NCBI GenBank assembly: GCA_036172245.1
Contig: JAYWIR010000022.1
Span: 3,100,001 to 3,164,000, forward strand
Reading direction: 5' to 3'
Source of the DNA: Raillietiella orientalis
Taxonomy: Eukaryota
DNA length: 64,000 nt
The notes under the pieces are model-generated. The model was not told where the DNA came from, ran no database searches, and saw only the letters and a list, made by a program, of their open reading frames with translations. The position numbers were made by a program, and so were the translations under genes. Below are positions 13,001 to 25,000 of this stretch, in pieces; position 1 is the stretch's first letter; each line of letters starts with the position of its first letter.

Positions 13001-16000
13001 TCCTTCTTTTTGGATCTTTCCCCTTCCAGCCTTCCCGAGCTCGCGTTTCACCCCTTCCGAAGCCGTTGCGAAGCCCCATCAGGGAGAATCTGTGGCCCGG
13101 TGGCATCTTTCACGCACCTGTGGGGCCGATGCTGTGCTTGGAAGACCTCGGCTTCGCCGCCGGCTCGTCGCGCAGTTGCTTGCCTGGCGTTCGGAGCGCG
13201 CGTCCACAACGGAAAAGCCTCAGGTACAGACGGGACTTTGTCCCCCGTGACGTACAGAATCTCTCACATTGATTTTTCTCCCCTCTCCCCTCCCATTTTC
13301 CCATTCCTATCTTCATTTTTCGTCGCTCCCCCGCGTGGTTGCAGCTCGCCTGGTCGCCGCCGAACGCTCCTGGAAGCGCTGCCGTAAAGACGCCCGCGTC
13401 GCACTCGGTGCGGGGGCGACGGCGATTTCACGCGCGGGTTGAGCCGTTCGGCGCGCCACGGGATTTTCGACCGAGGCCAACATGGGCCGGCTTTCATGAT
13501 ACGGCAAACTGATACCCCGCGACGCTGCACTTTCTCAGGATGCTGGCGATCCGCGAAGAAGGAACCGAAGGAGTCAGTTTTCTCTTCGATGGAGCAGATA
13601 AAAGAGACCAGCATCCGTCTCTCTCCCGGCTTTTGTGCGAACGGACGGCATTGTCTCCGGAGAAAGCGCCCGTCGGTCTGTCCCTCAGCAGCTCCCGTGA
13701 AGCAGAAAGATTTTCGGCTTTCATCGCGGAACTGGAGAGGGCCGCCGCCCACTTTCGGGACGCGAAGAGAGAGCGGGCTCAACGAGACCGAGAGGAGGGT
13801 CTTCTCTGCCTACGGCACCAGGCCAGCTCACGGTGCTCTGTTATCCAAGAGTGCCGTTTGAGACCTTCGGGGATGGAAGCGAACTCCAGGGTCGCCTCAG
13901 ATCCTGCCTCCGGATTCTGCTCGGGTGCAATGCGGCGGCCGTAGGGCGGAACATGAGGGAATGGAGAAGCCGGTGCCGAAAGAAGGGTCTTCCGGAAGGA
14001 AGAGGGGGGCTAAAGGTCACCGGTGCGCAGCCTTGGCGTACACCAGTGACGCGCATTTTTGGCGTGCATTCGAGATCGCCGCTGCCGATTGCCCGGAAGA
14101 GCGAATGATGAAAAAGCGCGGATACAGGGATCCGTCGGTTCGGCAAATCGACTCGAGGGGGGCTGCAGGCGCGACCCGAAAAGTCCGGCGTGGGAGATGC
14201 ACGAAGAGACCCAAAAGGGACCGTCCGCAGCGCATCTTCAAGGCTTCGACCGACCTGGGCGTCCGCGACTTCTCTCGTGCGAAGAGATGCACTCATCCTT
14301 CCTTCCCAAACCCCTCCTCCTCCACTTTCGGAAAAGTCCGATCGCCTCCATCGTCACCACCATCTCCGGGGGTCGGGCGGTAAGCTGCGCCGCAGCGCCA
14401 TGACACGGTTCTCCTCGGTAGGCGGCGGCTGGACTCCGCGAGCCCCGGTGGCAGGCGGGCGCGGGGCCGGCAGGCCTCCTGGGGTCTTCGAGATCTCCGA
14501 GCACGGATCCTCACGAGCAGCGCAGCCAACGGAGACACCCCCCTCGGGGTGTCCGGAAACGAATTGATGGCCCGTCGTCTTCGTCGTCGTCAGGCGCTCG
14601 ATTCCATCTCCTCGGGGTCGCCTCCGGAAACCCAACACGCCCAGCCTCCATCGTCCAGAGAGAGAGAAGGAAGGAGCCCTTCCCGGTTCGGAGCGTCGTT
14701 CTCCGTTTGGGAAAGGTCGGGATTTCGGGAGGATCCTGTATCCGGTCCTTCGAGCGATCTCCAGGAACAAGGGAGCTCGGGGAGGAGTCGAATGGTCTCA
14801 GCCGCGCAGGACGCGTTGGGACGAGCCCCTCGTTCTCGTTCTCGGACCCTCTGGAGCCGTCCCGTGTCCCAGAAGGCGAACGTACGGAGAGAGAGCCCTC
14901 GGCGTAGATTCCCTCGTGGCTGCAGGAAGCTGCGCTCAAGCGCAAGAGGTCCGCCGCCATGATTTCAGAAACGCTCCTGAGCAACTGCATCTTTGTCCCC
15001 TGCCACCCTATCCTACCACCCTAGGGATGCACGGAGGTGGTGTTTTCGCTTGCGTGCATGCCCTCTAGAGTCCTCACACCGCTCTTTCCTCTTCGGAAGC
15101 CACAGCGACGACCAGCGAAAGCAGCCGCGATTCACCCCCCTCAACCTCCACGGAATTCTCCTTGTCTCCGCCGCAGACCCGTGATGCTGCAGCTCGCCGT
15201 CAGGGACACGTTCGATAAACGACCGCATTCCTTTTAAGGGTTCCGAGGAGCAGAATCGATGCGGACACTTCCGCTCCGCTCTCCTCTTTTTGGCATCTTC
15301 CAGGACCACTCAGCTCTCGTCCGCCGGGAGGGCATCCCCAGTCCGCGAGAGAGCTGCTGCGCCTCTCGGCGTGAGAACGGCTGAGGTGCGTCTTCACCGG
15401 GAGTTCCCGGACACTTCGCTCCCCCGCGTCCCCCTGGGTCCTGTAAAGCTCACCGCTCTTAGATCCTTCCGAAGGAGGGAGAGCGACCAGGAAGAAAAGC
15501 GGGAGGCGCCGTAGCAGGGAGAGGCCCGTCCAACTGCTGCTTCTGCTTGTTTTTTCCAGCTCAGTCAATCGACTGTCCTACGTCACCGGCCTCATCTCTC
15601 TCGCTGCCCGTCCGGATGGAGGGGGGGGGGGCTGCTGCGGCAACGGGGTTTCCCGTTCCCGTCTCACGCCCGCTCGGTTTCCAGCGAGAGCGCGCCTCGT
15701 TCACCTCCGCGATTCTCGCGCCCACAGCCTCCTCCTCGCTTGCTCCAGGCGCCGCGATCGCCCACAAGGAGTGGCGGAGGGAGTAGTCTCCGCTCCCTCC
15801 CCTCCCTCGAAGCGCCCCACCGGAAGCCTCGAGGCGACAGAGGGAGCTGGATCGCCAAGAGACCGGGGGATACCGGAAAGACGAAAGCGAGGGAGAGAGG
15901 GCGGCGACCCTGAGCAAGCCTAAGAGGCAGGAGAGGGGTCGCCTCCTGAGAGAACGAGGAGCGCCCGGAAACTGCCGGCCACGGGACGCTGGCGAAAGAA

Positions 16001-19000
16001 AGCGCCTGCGGCCGCCCGTCGGCGTTCCCTCGCGGACGAACAAAAGGAGTCCGCCGCGAGCGCTCGCGGTTGTTCCCGCAGGAGCAAGATGAGCGGCCGG
16101 CGGGAGTCCGGGACGCACGCTCCCACAGGAATGCGCTGCCGGGAAGAACCGAAATGCGGGAGGGCCTCGGGCACGCTCGGGCGGTCTCTTTCTGCCGAGA
16201 CTAGCGAGGCGCCGAGGAGGCCGCGCCCGCGGTGTTGCCGCGCGATCCGGTAGGGAGGCGGGGGCGCGATGCTTCCGGTCAGATAAATTCGCCGGGCCGG
16301 AAGCGAGGGGGGACGGGAGAGAACGGTCGCGCAACGCGGAAGGCCAGGGGGAGGAGCCGCTGGCGGCGGGCGGGCGCCGCCATCGCTCTGGGCTTTCCGA
16401 CGGCGCTGCGGCAGCAGGGCATTGTCACCTCCCCTCCCCCCTCTTGACCTTGCGGTCGCTCCAGAGACCGCTGCGACCGCTGCCTCCGTCCCCTTTTCTG
16501 GAGGGCGAAGACGCCAGCAAACTACCCCTGACTCTGGGGATCGAGAGCACCGAGCGAGGTCATCCAAGGGGAGGCCGCGCGAGAGCCCCAGGCAGGGTCG
16601 AGGGCAGCTACGACCTCGGAGGCAGGGGTTCTCCGTTCCAGCCAGTCGGGACGCCGCTTGCGGAGGCGCCCGCCGTCGGCAGGGTGCGCTTAGCTCTTAG
16701 GGTTAGCAACACCCCCCTCCCCTGAGGCATGAACGGCATCCTCCCCCCAGGCGTTCCGAAACTAACAGTCGAGGGTGTGTGCGCGCGCCCACACGAGCTT
16801 CGGCGCACCCATCCGGCGCGGCGGAGGCCGGAGGGCGCGATCGATCGCGCAGGAAACAGATAAGACGCCTCGAAGGGAGCCGGAAAACCGCAGGTCAGCG
16901 GACAGCGAGTGGCAACATCCGCGGACGAGCGCGCCCCCGCGCGATACTCTCACGTTCTCCGCCGACGATCGGTCGGGAGCTTCCGGCGCAGCAAGGTGGG
17001 ACTGAATCCCCTCCTCCTCCTCCCAGGAGTCGCTCCCGACCAAAGGCTTCTGAGGGCGCTTCCTCCTCGCCGGTGGGCCCTTGCGGGGAAGGGGGAGGGG
17101 AGACCTCCACCCGCCCGACGGCCTGCCAGATGAAATCGATGACCCTTTCCGCGCGCGCGCCTGGGCAACGTCGGCCGCTCCCGCTCATACAGCAAAACTC
17201 CGCCAGGAGGACAGCGAGGCGGCGGTCAGCGCGCTCAGGTCCCATGGCGGAAGCGAAGCGACGGGAGAGGGGCCTGGCCCTTGCTTCCTCCCCCAGGCCT
17301 GAAGCTCTCTGGCTCCCCTCCTCGGACGACCCAGCTCAACCAGCCAGCGTGCGGATGGACTAAATGTCCAGGCAACGAGGCGCCCCTCTCCGGCTTGAAC
17401 TTGGCGTCCGTTGCGCAGGATCGAATGCGCGCGCGTTTTTCTGCTCTTTTGCAAGGAGCTCGTCGTCAGCTCCTGATCTTCCACTATGCCTTCTTCGCCA
17501 TGCATCCAAGGTGGCGCCGTGGTTCGTTCCCCTTTTTCCCGCTTGCAGTGCTTCCCCGACCCTTGGCACCGGTTGCGAGATAGGTAAAGGTAACATCACT
17601 TCCGCCATCCTCTCCGACCGCCCATCTCTTCTCTTTGACCACCCTCGGCAAGGGATCGCCAGCCTTCAGAGTCCTCTCGGTGCGAGCACTGAGCCCTCGG
17701 ATATGGCCCGAGGCGCTGGACGTTCGAGCACGCCGCTCCCTCTTCTGGATCCGCCCTCGTCACCTTCCGCGACGCGGAGGTCCTTCGCCGTACTCCCGAT
17801 CCCAAGATGCTGGAGGTCCGCCTCCTGCGGGCGCTCCTCTGGCGTGGGGAGAGCTGGTCTCCTCCCTTTTGCAGCGCGCCCTCTACCGGCGTCGCTTCCG
17901 GCCGCTCGCGCGGGCGGCGCACGTCTACCGAGAGCTCCTTCCCCCTTCCCTCCGGGGCACCATCCCGCCCATTCCCGGAGCGAGTTGGCTGGAGGTTGCA
18001 GGCTACCCCGTGGTGTTTCCACCCGCACCCGGCTCACGAGCCACGGGAAGGGCAGGGAGTCCCCCCTCGCCCGCCGCATCCGACCCTCCATCCCGGCTGA
18101 GGCGCAGGGCACCAACAGCTCGGGGGGCGATCCGGCTGGCGTGGATTCGCAGCTCGGCTGCTGCCGCTGCCCCCGGAGACGCTGTCGCGCAGCTGGGATC
18201 CGCGCATTGAATCCTCGCGGCGGGAACGAGAGCCTCCGATGAAAGGCGCCGCCGGGAGAGCCCGGTGGACGCGGCAGGAAGCTCTCTGTGGTCTGCGATG
18301 GCGGGCGGACGCTCCTCCCCCTCCTTCGCTTCAAGCCTCTCCTGCTCGAAGGATCCTCCTGACTGACGGGTGGAACGTTTTCCCGAGGTCGGGAGACGCA
18401 GTTTCGCCGGGCCGGGATGCTGCCCGCCCATGCAGGAGCATTCCGGCGGCGTAATTCGAGCGTCGTCTAGGTCGCCGATGGCGGTCGCAGGCTCCCTGCA
18501 GCGTGTCGGCCTTTCTTGGAACGGTCGCACGGTCGGTGGTGGCGGCGGAAAACGCGAGCGGCCAAACCGCTCCGCATTCTGGAACGTTCCAGAATTGACT
18601 CCCCCCCCTCCCTCCTTTCCTTCCTGGAAACGAGGTCCCTCCCTGTCCTTTCGGGAGGCAACTTCTTAGCGCAGGACCACGGACGTCCCTTTTCTCTTCC
18701 GCCGTTCCCCTTCCTCCTCATTTCTTGGCGACGGAAACGAGGCGGACGCAGCCGCTCCCCTCCTGGATGCCCGAAGTGGCAGCGCCCGGACAATTCGGAG
18801 CGTCTACCACACCTCCCTTCTTCGGCTGTCACGTTTCCTGGTGCCTTCTGCGCCATCCTCTCCATAGCAGCCGCTCTCGCCGAGGCTTCTCCCCCGCACC
18901 CACCTTCCCAGCAGCGCCCGTGGCTATTCCGATCCCGCCAGGAAAGGAAATTCAGCACCCGCCTTCTTTGGTTGGCTAAGGAGGTCGTCCGGGACGCCTT

Positions 19001-22000
19001 CAGGCGTCAGGAGGTAACGGAACCAATCCAATCCAATCCTCTTCCTGCCCGCCGCGTGGGGATCATCCTCTCCTCTCCTTCACACGTGACCCTGCGGCAC
19101 TGCCATCCGTCTTCCACTGCCACCCGGTTCCAACCCCCCCCCCGTTCATCTCCTAGTTGCTGAAACGGCAGCGCTGACGTCGTCTGCTGGGAGTGTCTCG
19201 CCGATGCGCCCGGGACGGTGGGTGCGATCGGGGCTCCCGAAACCCCGAAACCCTCAGGGAGGGTGGCGGTCGCCGGCGCGCGAAGACCACCTGCCCCTCC
19301 GTCGAGACTACGGAGGTTTCAAGTTGCCTGACCGACGAGGAGGAGGAGGATGTCGCGCTTCGGCGAAACTCGACGCGAGACGACGGGGCGAGGGCGCCTG
19401 CACGTGCACCCCGGCCACCACCCCTGGTTTCCTGGCTCGTCGGCATCTGCTTCGCGTGCCGATCGAATGGAACCCCCTACGAGACGGGACAGCAGCCGCA
19501 GCGACCTGGAGTCCTTTCTCTTTCCTAGCCGACCGTGGGGGGACGAGGAGTTGAGTGCTAGTAAGTTTATGATGTTGCTCGAAAAGTCGCACAATGATCT
19601 TTCACTGAATCTTTCAACCATCCGGCGGGCCGGTCGGTTAGGGGAGGTCCGGTTGCGGGTCCGGGCGGGCTCGCAGTGGGTTCGGTACGGCGTGCATCTA
19701 CAGGGAGAGCTCCGCTAGAACCCAGCCCCTCCGGCGTGACGTCAGCGCGCACGATCAGCGCGGTGGCAGCCGACGATGCGGCCTAAAAAATACAGGGCGA
19801 GCCTCTTCCAGCCGAGTGTGGCTTTGCGGCGAAAAGCAGCGAGGCTAGGAGGGGGACGGCTCGGAGCGGCTCACCCTGCACCAGAGCGGACGGGAAGTTG
19901 GCCGGCCACCCCGTTTCGAATGGCAGCGCCGGTGGTTGCTTCCAAATGGGAACTGCCGAGGCATTGAGCGGAGGTTTGCGGCAGGCGTCAGCTGCCAACG
20001 ACGAGCCTACTTTGAGAGAGCGACTTGCCGCGAAGAGGGGTTTCCAGAACGGTTTCGTTCGGCCAGCAGGTGCGTCGTCGAGTGGTCTCCGCCCTCGTTC
20101 CGTGGGAGTGGAAATTTGTCGCCAAGAAAAGCAGCAGAGAGAGACCGAACGCAAGTCGTTTCAAGGTCAGAGGGAGCGACTGACGCGGCGACGACTCTTT
20201 CGGGAGTATCCTGTCCACTCTTGGGCACTTTCGCTTTCGGAGCGAATGTTCGTTTCCACCCGCGGTTCCACGAGCGTGTCGCTGCCGCTGCTGCCGGCGG
20301 AGGCCGTGGACGCGCGATTCAATTCCCCGCTGGGGAGTCCTTCGACCGGAAAAGTTCGTTCTGCTGTCACGCGAGGTGCCGGCAGCTCGATGCCCCTCCC
20401 CCCCTCCCTTTGCTGGTGTGTCATCAGCTCGTCCGAGCGCCGCCTCTTCCTGGCGAACCCCATCTGTTGCTGCTACTGAGTTGTCCGATTCCCCCGTCTT
20501 CTCGGTGCCATCTTCCTTACTTCTCCAAGACCGGTGCGCAGCGACATCCCCGGACCATGAAAACTCTTGCTCCGAGGACCAGGGATGATCGCAGAGGACG
20601 GGCTCTGCGACCCTTCGCAGAAGCCGGAGGAAGAGGCGAAGAAGAGGGAACGCAAGGAAAGGAAGCTTATCCAGGCTCTTTCGCGGTGTTGCCAGGGAAT
20701 CCTGGACCGTGTTCCGGAACAGCGCAAAGGGATGGAGAGTCGAAGAATGGGAAGATGAGAGTTCCGCGGCCTCGTGAGCGGGTGCATGCACATCGCCGCC
20801 CCTCCCTGGCATCTGCATGCGAGGAAGAAGAGGAGGAGAGGAGAGGGAAGGTGTGGCAAATGCACGGGCGAGACCACCCTTTGCTCACCCCGTACGAGGG
20901 GCTGCTTCGAGCCCGAGTCCTGCAGGCGGAAGGGAAGAGGAACGGATTTCTCCTTTTCCCGTTTCCCACAGGGGCTGTTCCTGTCTCCAAGCAGCCACCA
21001 CCTATTTCGGTACATCTTCCCAGACATCCTGGTGTCTCAAGACATGCGTCCCTTCCTGGCCCGTTTCCGCCGCGGCTCGGGTCGCTCTCAGCGGCATCTT
21101 CCGGGACCTCCGAGGAACCTCCTTGACGAGGCAGACGCCGCGACGCCACTAACAGCGGCGCTTGGAACGAGGCGCGCGCGGGAGTTCGCACGGGAGCGCA
21201 GGGACACGGAGGATCACCTGGCTGGAGCCGCGACAGGGAACTCCGGGAAGGATAGTCATCCCCTGACCTTTCCTTCCTCCTTCACCGCAGGACCACGCCT
21301 GTGGGAGGCGGGAGCATCCCCGCGCGGTGGGGCGAAGCTCCTCTCCCTGATTGGCCCACGGACACGACGGGCCGCTGCCGTGGATGAGCTCTCTGGACCC
21401 AGGTCGGGGGGAAGGCAGGGGAGAGGAAATCCGGGTAGCCGCGCTTATCCAGGAGCCTGGCCGGCCCCGACTCCCTCCCTACGCAGCGCGGGGCCGAGGC
21501 TCCCAGGACGTCCTCCGTGGGTGACAGCGAAGAGGCACCTCCCTCCCCTTCCGGGAGCTAAGGAGCGGGCGGCGGGACGAGTGCCTCCATCTTGGCTACC
21601 GCATGCGCTTCCTCTTGGTGCTCCCTGGAACAGGGAGAGTCTGCCGCCCTTTCCCCGGCTCGGCGGGGTTTCGCTCCGGAAGACACGCGCGGTACCTGGA
21701 CCAACCTGCACTTCGCTTCCGCAAGGGCTATCAGATCTTTCTGGAGCTCTCTACCCCACCTTACAGCACCCTTCCTCGAGAAGGAGGGGCGGCAATCGGG
21801 TGCTGCGCTGGACGCGCGCGTCCCATTCGCGACGACGGCGACCCAGCCGGCGGGGGCGGGCAGGCGAGGGACCGCCTGGAGGAAGTCTGGGAGCGTGCAC
21901 TCCCCGGCCTGGGGCGTTCCTCCCTTCGCTGGAACTCCATGCAGGGTACGCGGCCGCACGAGAGCGAGCCCCGCAGGGTTCTCCCGTGCCACCCTTCGGG

Positions 22001-25000
22001 CGACGCGCGAAAAACGCCACGCCACCGCCTGCCGGAGACACGGTCGCGCGCGCGCAGCCGCCACCGTAGTTCCCGGGAGCGTATCCAATGGATACCAGGT
22101 GCAGCCCTCTTCCGGACTTTTCCCTTTCCTTCCCGGGAGTACTGCACGTCCTCGGAACGCCGACCACTCCCAGACTCCCTCCCCTTTCCTTTCTCCTGCT
22201 TCTTGCAAACCGCAGCCCGGCGCCCTCCTCTTTGCGCGCTCTCCTCCCCCTCCCCTCAGCGCCCAGAACTGACAGCCAGGTTTTCCGCATCTTCGAGACG
22301 ACACCGCGCGAGAGTCGCGGGGGACGACCGCTGCCACACCTCGCCCTCTGGGATCGCCGATCTGCCGCCAGCTGCCGGTTCGGGGTGTGGCCTGTGGCGC
22401 GCACCTGGTGTCGGTCAGGGTGCGCCGCTCCGCCCGTGGCGTGCGGATCCCCGAGAAGCCGCCGCCACGTCTTCCCGCTTCCGCAGTCCGCCCACGCAGC
22501 CCCGCGCATTCCGGAGACGGCCGGGGAAAAGTGGTTCCTGGCTCGGGTTCGGCTCGGCAGGAGCAGCAGCACTCGCAGACGGGAGGGATCGGGAATATCT
22601 CGCTCACGTGGTGCCGGATCCGCTTGCAGAGCCCGGAGGGTTCGGCGCGCCTCCCGGGGAGGGGAAACGGCGCGAACCTCACGAGACTGGAGTGGCCAGA
22701 GGGGAAAGGTTCAGTTTTCGAATCTAATTTGATCTTCACGTTCAAGACTTTAAACATCATGATCCCCCCCCCGCCCCCGAAAAAGAAAAAAAGATACATT
22801 GAAAAGCTTCCCAGCTGTTGAATAATGTTGCAAGTGGCCTTTACCGCCAAGAAGGGGAGAAAGCGGCTCGACAACGTGCGGTGGACAGAGCTGAAAAGTG
22901 TGCGCGCGCCTACACGCGCGCTGATTGGCTCAGCGGTGCGACGCCTGCTGGGTGGAAAGATGGAGCCATCTTTGTTTCATTAGACGCGTACTCTCTCCCG
23001 TACTCTGACACGAGCGAAATCTTCTTCAGGGGTCCCCATGCCGACCAGAAGGTGGGCCAGTGATCCAGGAAGTGGGTGCCCCAGGAAGACTGGGGCCTGT
23101 TTTTTCGCTTGAAGAAAAAAAAAAAACCTTTGCCACAACGTAACCGTAACATACTACGCATTGCGCAACTTGAGCCTCGACGGATACCATTCCTGCTTGA
23201 AGCTCGGCATCCAGTTTTCGCTTACGGAACAAAAATTCAAGTGATCCAAAAAAAAAATCAGATACTCATTGTGAATCGAATGCTCCTTGGCATGGGAAAG
23301 AGGGCTTCGAGCCTTGCCTGCAACCGTCAGGCAATCTCTATACTTTTCGAAAAGGCTCTTTTCTTGAAAACACGGAGATTCTTCGTTTGCAGAAGCGCTT
23401 TATGGGTCGCAGAGCGTCGTCTAGATGGCCTCGAGGATTCGGTCACATTCGAGTGGATCGGCACAATCGGTTCGTTCGGCTTCCTTTCAACGTTTCCGTG
23501 GATCCGACAAACATCGACACTCGTTGCAGCTTATCACACCGTCACACTCCGAGCATGCACTGCGAACTTAAGGGCGGAAGGGGAGAAAAAAAAAAAAAAT
23601 GAAAACAAATAAATACCTAAGTGCAACTTATTCGAGCTTCCCGGGGACCGTTAATCGGGAGCGATCCGCAACGGTGACTCATCGACGGGTGGAATCGACG
23701 CCGTGTTGCGACCCAAAGATGGCGCTGAAGTACGTGAGATGTTCCCCTTCCCCCTCTTCGCCCCTCCCCCCCCCCTCTTCGAATCTTTTCGCCGTATTCC
23801 CATGCGTGTAAGATAACACACACGATCGCAATATTGCCGGTGCAAGAAACCTCACGGTTGCTCACCTGAAGGACGGCAGACCTTCAGCCAACGTGTCGCC
23901 TGGCGAAAAGCGATCGGCGTTCCCATTTACCGGGCGGCCGGCAGGCTTGCCAAAGCGAGCGCGATCGTGGATGCTCGCACCTGTTAACGGAGCTGATATG
24001 TTCGGTTCGCAGTCGGGGGAGGAACCCATTTCGAAGGACTACCGGGACTCGGAGATCCGCATGTTGCACCGATGAAGCAGACGGAGGAATCTCAGACGTG
24101 AGTTCCCTTTTCCGAAATTCCTTGGGTGACGCGCGCGCGCGCGCGCGCATGCATGTCGGACTTCCGCTCGCGCCAGCGCACTCGGGTGACCTGGAGGGAC
24201 GGCGAGAGGTTCTGTCTGTTTTTGCCCGTGCCCGTGTTCTGGAGATGCTGCTTCCCTAGGCAAGCCGTGTTGGGTCTGTTATGTCGGAACAGTTTCTCAA
24301 GGGCATCCCGTGTTTGACGTTTTCGACGACGGGAACGGCGGATGTGGCGCGGGAAGAGCATGGCTTCGGGTTTCGGGAGGGCTTGCGGGGGGAAGCGCTA
24401 TCAATGGCTCCTCGCTTTCGGACCCCCCCCCCCCCCTACCTCCATTTCATCAACACCGAGTGGGGACGGTGGTGGCTTTCGGTTCATTTGCGTTCGAGAT
24501 GCTGCCACTGAGAATGGCAACAAGAATAACAATGAAAATAAGAAGGAGAAGCACGCGGAAGTCCAACACCAGTGATTCCAGCCTCTTGCTGGTATTTTTG
24601 TGACACGCAGTGTGGCGAAGGATACCCACTCTGCACGAGGAATGGTTCGAAATCACAACAGTTCAAAATAAGTGAAGGAGACGTAGGACATCTGATCTTA
24701 CAAGAAACCCTTCCGAGGTCCAGAGCTTTTGGAGGCGAGGCGGGTTCCCCGACTTGTTAGCTTTCCTCACTGGAGGCATTTCGAAATTCTCGAGCTGGTC
24801 TTTCCGTGGTTCTCCGATGGGCGAAGCATGCTAACAGGAAGAGGAATCCTGCGACTCTGTATTGCGTACTGCCTTCCGTGAGGTCCACGTGGACGCGCGA
24901 ACGGAAAGGAATTCTCTCTATCCACGGGGCAGAACTTCGTTCCTGCGTGAACCTTCGTCGGGTTGTACCGCGAGTTCCGTTTGGCTTGACGTCCTTACCG

